A stretch of DNA of 64,000 bases from Epithemia pelagica (lineage: Eukaryota > Protista > Bacillariophyta): assembly GCA_946965045.2 (NCBI GenBank), contig OX337239.1, positions 248,001 to 312,000 of the forward strand. Direction: 5' to 3'. The notes beneath the pieces are model-generated. The model was given only the letters and a program-made list of their open reading frames with translations. It made no database searches and was not told the origin of the DNA. Positions within the stretch are counted from its first letter, which is position 1. Every line of letters begins with the position of its first letter. This document shows, piece after piece, positions 57,971 to 64,000 of the stretch. The position numbers and the translations under genes are program-made.

Positions 57971-59068
57971 CTAGAGAGCATTCGCACGAGGAGGGCAGTT
58001 TCGTGGCGGCGGTGTGCGCCACAGTTTGTCGGACGAGGCAAAGATCAAGGTCCGCACCGCGTGCGAGGCATATTCGACCACGGTCTGTCCTATGGATTCC
58101 TCCTCGTTGGTGTCCAACAACTTGTCGCAGTCGAATGACGCAGGGTCGGGAAGCTGGAGATCCACTCCATGGTGGCGACCAGCCTCTTGCAGTGCCTTCG
58201 TTTGGTCCATCCAAGCCTGCCGTATCGACTCCCACTCTGGTCGGTCATGATGGTGGTTCCCTGGTGGGGCATGCACTTGCAGCCGTTGCTGCAGAGTGTG
58301 TTCAAACCAGAGTTTGCGTGGTTTTTGCAACTCGGCGTGCAACAGGTCGCTGGGAGTAATAACATCCGATGCGCTACTACTACTGCTCCAGTCGGTGGGG
58401 ACCGTCTTGGCAACAACGCCGCCACCACCACCACCACCACCACCACCACCACCCACAGTCTTGGTTCGGACGGGCGACGCAAATTGGCCTGCGACGACTG
58501 AACTAGTGGACAGGCGATTGGATCCTAATTCTGGTTGCCAATCTTCGAGCTGGTGGGAGTCCATCAACGGCCAAACTTCAATAAAGGAAATGGAATCCAG
58601 CGGATCAAAGGTAAATTCCATGTACCAGCAGTTCGTCTTGTGCTCCTCCTCCTCTGAGTTGGACAAACAAGATTGAATCTGGACCAGGCAGCGGCAATAG
58701 GGTTGTTGTCGAAACACCTTGACGTTGCGTTGGATCCGCACCGGATTAGTACTGGGTGATGTTGTTGCGGCCGCCACAAAGAGATCCATGGCAATCAAGG
58801 CATCTCGGCCATTTCCCGACAAGTGCTGTCGAGACCAATCCCAACGCAACACGTGTTGCGACAAGTTGGGCCTTGTTGTTGCTGTTGTTCTCAATGGGTT
58901 GGTCAGGAACGTGTCCAAGTAACAATCACATTGCTCCACGTACGACTGGGCCTCCTCCGGGTCCATGAGAGACAATGACGACGACGAGGAACCGACACTG
59001 TCAGTTTCGCAAGTACCGATTGGTTTCGTCCAGGATGAGGAGGCATCTTTGGATCGACACTGACCCAT
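57971..59068 (-). CDS. Hypothetical protein with N-terminal MGQCRS acylation motif; possible NTF2/SnoaL-like domain
   Basis: Open 365-aa frame with host-like composition. MGxCxS fits myristoylation plus palmitoylation. The fold guess is weak. Confidence 0.6.
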   Translation of the reverse strand: MGQCRSKDASSSWTKPIGTCETDSVGSSSSSLSLMDPEEAQSYVEQCDCYLDTFLTNPLRTTATTRPNLSQHVLRWDWSRQHLSGNGRDALIAMDLFVAAATTSPSTNPVRIQRNVKVFRQQPYCRCLVQIQSCLSNSEEEEHKTNCWYMEFTFDPLDSISFIEVWPLMDSHQLEDWQPELGSNRLSTSSVVAGQFASPVRTKTVGGGGGGGGGGGGVVAKTVPTDWSSSSSASDVITPSDLLHAELQKPRKLWFEHTLQQRLQVHAPPGNHHHDRPEWESIRQAWMDQTKALQEAGRHHGVDLQLPDPASFDCDKLLDTNEEESIGQTVVEYASHAVRTLIFASSDKLWRTPPPRNCPPRANAL

Positions 59069-59992
59069 CTTGCAGCTTTGTTTCAAAGTCTATGTAGATA
59101 GGCTCTTGTGTTTGACGTTCGAAGAATGGCGGATTCCCTTTTTTGTAAGGGACAAAAAGATACCCGGTCAGCGTCCATCTTGGATCTTGGCGATTTGCGC
59201 GCTTGCCAGGTACATCACGCGCGCGATGTGGGGCGTCGCTGGCGTACAAAGCTCATAACTCGGGACTAAGAATCTCCGTCCAAGACTCAATCGATGGTGT
59301 GTGGCCATGGCACAATGGCACGGCGAACGAGAACGCCAACGTTGTTGGAGGCCTCTTTTCTCTTGTTACAGAAAATTGTTGGTGATGCAGCAGATCTGGA
59401 ACCTATATCTACTCCAAATGCCACAGATTCTTCAACCTGGTTCCATTGGATCATTCCGAACAAAGGTAGGTGATGATGTGAGGGACTCTCTCCGGTCGGG
59501 CTATCAAGATGATTCTCAAAACATTAGAATCGTGATTGGCTATGATGTAGCATGGACTTGCAGCACCGATTTCGTTGGTCGGTTGTCATGTTGTATGAGA
59601 CGGGCATATTCCTGAATCCTTCGAATTCCATGGATTCTCGCTCCTGTTTCTGTCACCTTTTTCTGCAGGTGGATGGCAGATATAGATATGATGATGGAGT
59701 AGATGATGAAGAAGCATGTTGTCCTATCGCTGTTGCGATTGGCGGACCCGAACGGAACACTTGGAATCTCGGAATTGGAACGTACTAGCGACTGATACTT
59801 GAATGTATGTGGGTTCTGATCGGTGTTCGCTTTTTCCAGCATCACAATCCATCGAGACTAGAATGAGAACTCTCACTGACTGTCGTTATTGTTTGTCCGA
59901 AAGGATGAATTGCCGAGGCTTTTTTTACGGCACACCAAGGATGATTTTTTGTGCTCACAATCCTGGATTGTTCCCCAACACACACACACACT

Positions 59993-61620
59993 ATGAAACC
60001 GTATCATCCTCCACTAGCCAAAAGGAGATTGTGGTTTGGGATGGCAACCATGAGCCTCCTGTTGGCTGGTTGTACCGTCCACAGTTTCCATTCTCCACCT
60101 CTGGTGTCTCCATCCATAAGGTTTCGTAGTTTCGTAGTACTGCAATCGACCGCTCCTACTCCTCCCTTGCTGGAGTTTGACAACCACAACCACAAGATTC
60201 CGGAGAACCACAACCACCACCACCAGAAGGATTCCAAGAACCCGACCACCGAGAATGACAACGACCACCACAATACGCCTGCGATTCTGGCCGGCACTTC
60301 CCCCAAAACCCTCAAATTGCGCCAACGGTTGGACCAACTCCGTTCCACTCGGGAGGATGATAGGCGACCCATTGTCGTGACGGGTGGCGCCGAATCCGTG
60401 GCGTCGGTCGTGGACCATATCGTGACACAGTGTCTACCACCCGACCAAACCCACCACGTCCATCGACTCGACATGCGACAAGCCATTTCCTATCCCCGAA
60501 CCATTCTCGGTGACGCCAACAACGACGACGAGTCTCGAGGCAGCGGCAGCAAAGGAGTGCTGGATCTAGTGGCCAATCTTGCCAATGCCACACTTGTCCT
60601 TACCAACTTGGATGCGCACGCGTCCCTGTCCAGCCCGGAAGAATTCACGGCTCGCACCGAGCTTTGGGAGGCTGTCGAACGACTCCTTTCCAATCAAACC
60701 TTTTACAGTCGATTCGAAACGAGAGAAAAGACATTTGCTCCTCGTATAGTGGTGACAGGCGCCGAGAAACCAGACTTTGTCACGGATCCTTTCTCGTCAA
60801 GATCCCCCCTCCTCAAGCCCGAACGCAAGATATGGACGCCATTGCTTCGGCCAAAGTTCGAACCATGGAGACCAAGTACAACTTGTCCAAGGTTGTCTTG
60901 GGACGGGAAGCCCTTCATCGACTATTGGATCATGAGTGGCAGGGCGATGAAGCCGAATTGGATCAAGAGCTCGAACTTGCCCTGGATCGACTGGCGGACG
61001 ACCAACGCAATCGTCTGGACGTTCCCTCGGTCCTACAATCCAAGCACATGATGGCGGAAACCTGGGAGGAATCCTCGCGCCATCGTCTCCTCTACGAATT
61101 TCCCCAATTACGCCAACTGATTCATTCTCCGTGGGTCTTTGATCATACTTTACGGTATATTGTCACACCTGCCTTTGTGCTGGTCCTGGCGGCGCTCTTT
61201 CTCGGTCCACAAACCAGAGAGGAGAATGCGACACGCACGCCATTCGACTTTCACCCCACGACGAGGAATTGTTGTTGTTTGGGACCGACTCGCAAGGTGA
61301 TCCAACACGAATGAATTTGTTTGAATTCATGAAACGCATGCGCAAAGTGGTTCGCGTGGGCATTCAGGAGATTGGTTATGGCTATCTTCCCTTGGCGTGG
61401 GCCTCCCTGACGGCCTATTGGTTGGGACTGGGACTGTCCGAACTTGGTCTCACACTGACTCGTCTTCCGGCTACAGTGTTTGGTGCTGCGGCCAACACTC
61501 TGGAGTGGCACTGGTTGCCTGCGGTGGCCGCCAGTCCCTCGGTGATTCAGACGGTCCAATCCGTCTTGGTGTTGGGGGCGATTCCTCCGGGTGACGCTCT
61601 TTCTCATGTTGTCGGCAGCA
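59993..61620 (+). pseudogene. Plastid-targeted homolog of the cyanobacterial sigma54-interaction-like AAA + polyferredoxin membrane protein, frameshifted and internally deleted
   Basis: Signal peptide plus VHS-F cleavage motif. LRQRL..PIVVTG, KIPPPQAR, EALHRLLDHEWQGDEAEL, FLGPQTREEN and EIGYGYLPL match the family from memory. Frameshift at about 60795. The Cys-containing Fe-S segment expected between GPQTREEN and GYGYLPL is absent. Confidence 0.65.
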
Positions 61621-62236
61621 TCTTCCTCCTTATACTCGGTATCCTAGCTAGTAGGGATCTAATAGGAAGGCTTTTCTCCTTCATCGTTGACGTCAATGGC
61701 ATTGTGGAACGCGTACTGCTTCTCGCTACAACAGAGGCGGTTTGGAACAAATCTTCTTCGATTGCCTACGAATCCTACAAAGAAGTTTTAGGAATCAAAA
61801 CTCTAAATGTGTCCATTGTCGTGAAGGAGAGCAAATCGATGAAGAAAGCTCCAGGCCTGCGAGTAAGACCTGCATCGTTGTGCATATCGCAGAAGAATTC
61901 CTTAGAAAAAAAATTCCCAACAATTCTGCGCAGCGAAGATGTACTAGGAGTACTATTATACGAATCTTTGGCAGCAAATGCACAACAGAAAGATGTTCAA
62001 GTCGTTTGAAGAATAAACGGCAATTCCTAGGAATACTGAAAACTGCTCTGGTGCAGCTCTTTCGCAAACCGTACATGCAAAACTACCATCGAGAAAATGG
62101 TCGCACAGGTGGACAGGAAGCAAGCCAATTGCTTCTGTCTCATGGAAAATGCATTTACAATGGACCAACTTAAGCCGCAACAACAATGATGTTTCATGCT
62201 CATGGATCTCACATCCCTTTCCCACGGTTTTCTTGT

Positions 62237-63492
62237 TTACGACATCATTCCAGTGGGTGCGTCAACAAGTTTTGCCCATTCTCCGGAATCAAGAGCTTCT
62301 TGAATGTACTTGGCAAGTTTCAGGGCTGACGAATACTCTCCTTGCTCCGATTGCAGTCGAGACTGGAATTGAGAAAGTGACTCTTGAGGACAAGAAATAC
62401 TCTCAACAAAGATACTCCCAGGTACACAAGGACAATCCGGAGTGACTCTGAGCACTGTCGTAACCTCAGTGTTTTTCCAAGGCATTACACACACAACCTT
62501 TTGAAACAAGTGGTCTTCCGGGTCTGATTTATTTCGGCATACCTCCGCTCGGCAAAATTCTCGAAGTTGCAAAACTTCTTCGTGGCGCATTTTATAGGTT
62601 TCAAGGCGACCCAGGGCTTGATGAACAAGGAAACGAATCCGGCGCTTTGGTTACTTTGATTGTGAGGCTGAAGAATTCCGGGACAAAAGTCTTGAGCACT
62701 GGGGATCAGGTCATTCAGTGGTGGTAGGTACAGGTTTTCTTCGTTCGAATCACTGACAAACTCCGCGTTCACAATACGAATACGAATACGCTGACGATGA
62801 TGAGACTCGAGAGTCGCCTGGAGTTTGTATTTTTGGAGAAGAAGGAGTTTCACGTGAACAAGAACATGGTCCTCCTTTATCTTTTCTTCCTCAATTGACT
62901 CGATTTTGATACCGGATAGCTCCTCTAGAAGAAGTCGACGATGGCTGTATTCTGATTTGATAGTACAGAGTTGGTTCAATTGCTGTTGAAGTCGTTCATT
63001 TTCTTTTTCAAGGACTTCTGTCTCTTCTTTCGATGCCAATTTTGCGTCTAGTTTCACATTTTCTTTCCCAATGGCTACCGCCTCCTTCTGTAATGCTTCA
63101 AGGTTTGACTGCAACTCCGCCTTTCGTTTATGAAGAGCCAACATCAATTCCTCTTGTTCGGCCAATCCACGTTGGATAGTTTCTTCGTCGAACTCCTCGT
63201 CGTCTTGAGCGAGAAGTGAATTTTGAAACTCTGAAGAAAAAGAATAGTCATTGTCATCCATCGTGCCTTTGCATTGAAAGTTGTGCAACAGTTCACGCAA
63301 TTCTTCCTTTCGATGCTGCAGCAAGCGGTGGCCATCCAGTTGTGGAGACAATGGAACCGGTCGCAACCACTGGTCCACGACCGTACCATAGTCAATGCGT
63401 GTCACGGCAGCTTCGCAATCATTGACTCCATAGGCCGTTACCACTTCTTGTTATGCGGCCGCGACTGTTGCTGCTCGAGAACTCAAAATCAT
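62237..63492 (-). pseudogene. Coiled-coil protein with C-terminal RWD-like region, disrupted by a stop and a frameshift
   Basis: ATG 63492 is followed in frame by TAA (AAA*QEVV). A long heptad coiled coil follows. The frame switches near 62650 into RFLVHQALGRLETYKMRHEE..VLRVTPDCPCVPGSIFVESI. Confidence 0.45.
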
Positions 63493-64000
63493 GGTCGATT
63501 CGTCCTTACTCAGCGACGATGATGATGTTGCCTCCCTGACTGATCAGGTTGGATTGATTATTGATTGTGGACACGGATCGACACCCCCTTTGTGACACGG
63601 ACGCTTGTTCCATGCACGAGTCGTTGACTTCCCTCCCATGTGTTGCTGGTCCACGCACTGTCTTGTTCGCCATGGCACCTTCCTCCCGCCTTCATCACCA
63701 CCACCAACGTCACAGCCAATTGCTTTTCCCAATGAATCCCTTCTCTTGCTCGACTCCACCCATAATGCAGTAGCAATCCTCGTGTCTTTCGATACCTACC
63801 GAATACCGAACCAAGGGTATTCGTACGATACGTGCACAGGCGGAGCAATCCAGTGCCGTTGGGGGGAAGTTACCGGGTCTCGAATTCGAGCAACAGAAGC
63901 GAAACCATGTACGACACTGGGACCTTTTGGCTACTCGCTATTCTCCTTTTTCCACAACTGTCTACCCAACCGCAACCAATAGCTCACAAGGATTGCCCAA

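Overview
Eukaryotic nuclear DNA, most likely a pennate diatom. This is inferred from a CoDi-like Ty1/copia element, a bipartite plastid-targeting peptide, short GT-AG introns and Q/T/N-rich coding tracts. Recognisable host genes: a Kelch-repeat protein, RPN13/ADRM1, two inverted ureG paralogs plus a third 5' fragment, two paralogous tetraspan membrane proteins, MOCS3/UBA4, a STAND-like ATPase with a duplicated NTPase module, and a 1263-aa repeat-rich disordered protein. A BED-hAT transposase-derived gene lacks its third catalytic residue. A HhH-GPD glycosylase lies head-to-head with an AlkB-SRA fusion gene. The main structure is a 10.4-kb nest at 42176-52612: a young Ty1/copia element (455-bp LTRs differing at one base, 6-bp TSD). 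Its 5' LTR is split by a 4.15-kb Crypton-like element carrying an intron-containing tyrosine recombinase and bounded by a 6-bp direct repeat. That element has an internal segment complementary to both of its own termini plus a 180-nt multi-helix terminal hairpin, resembling the ICR of DIRS retroelements, yet it encodes no reverse transcriptase. The copia shows a stop-codon readthrough signal between gag and pol and a PBS matching the D-arm of initiator tRNA-Met. Many decayed gene fragments are also present. All family assignments come from motif recognition by eye; no database searches were run.
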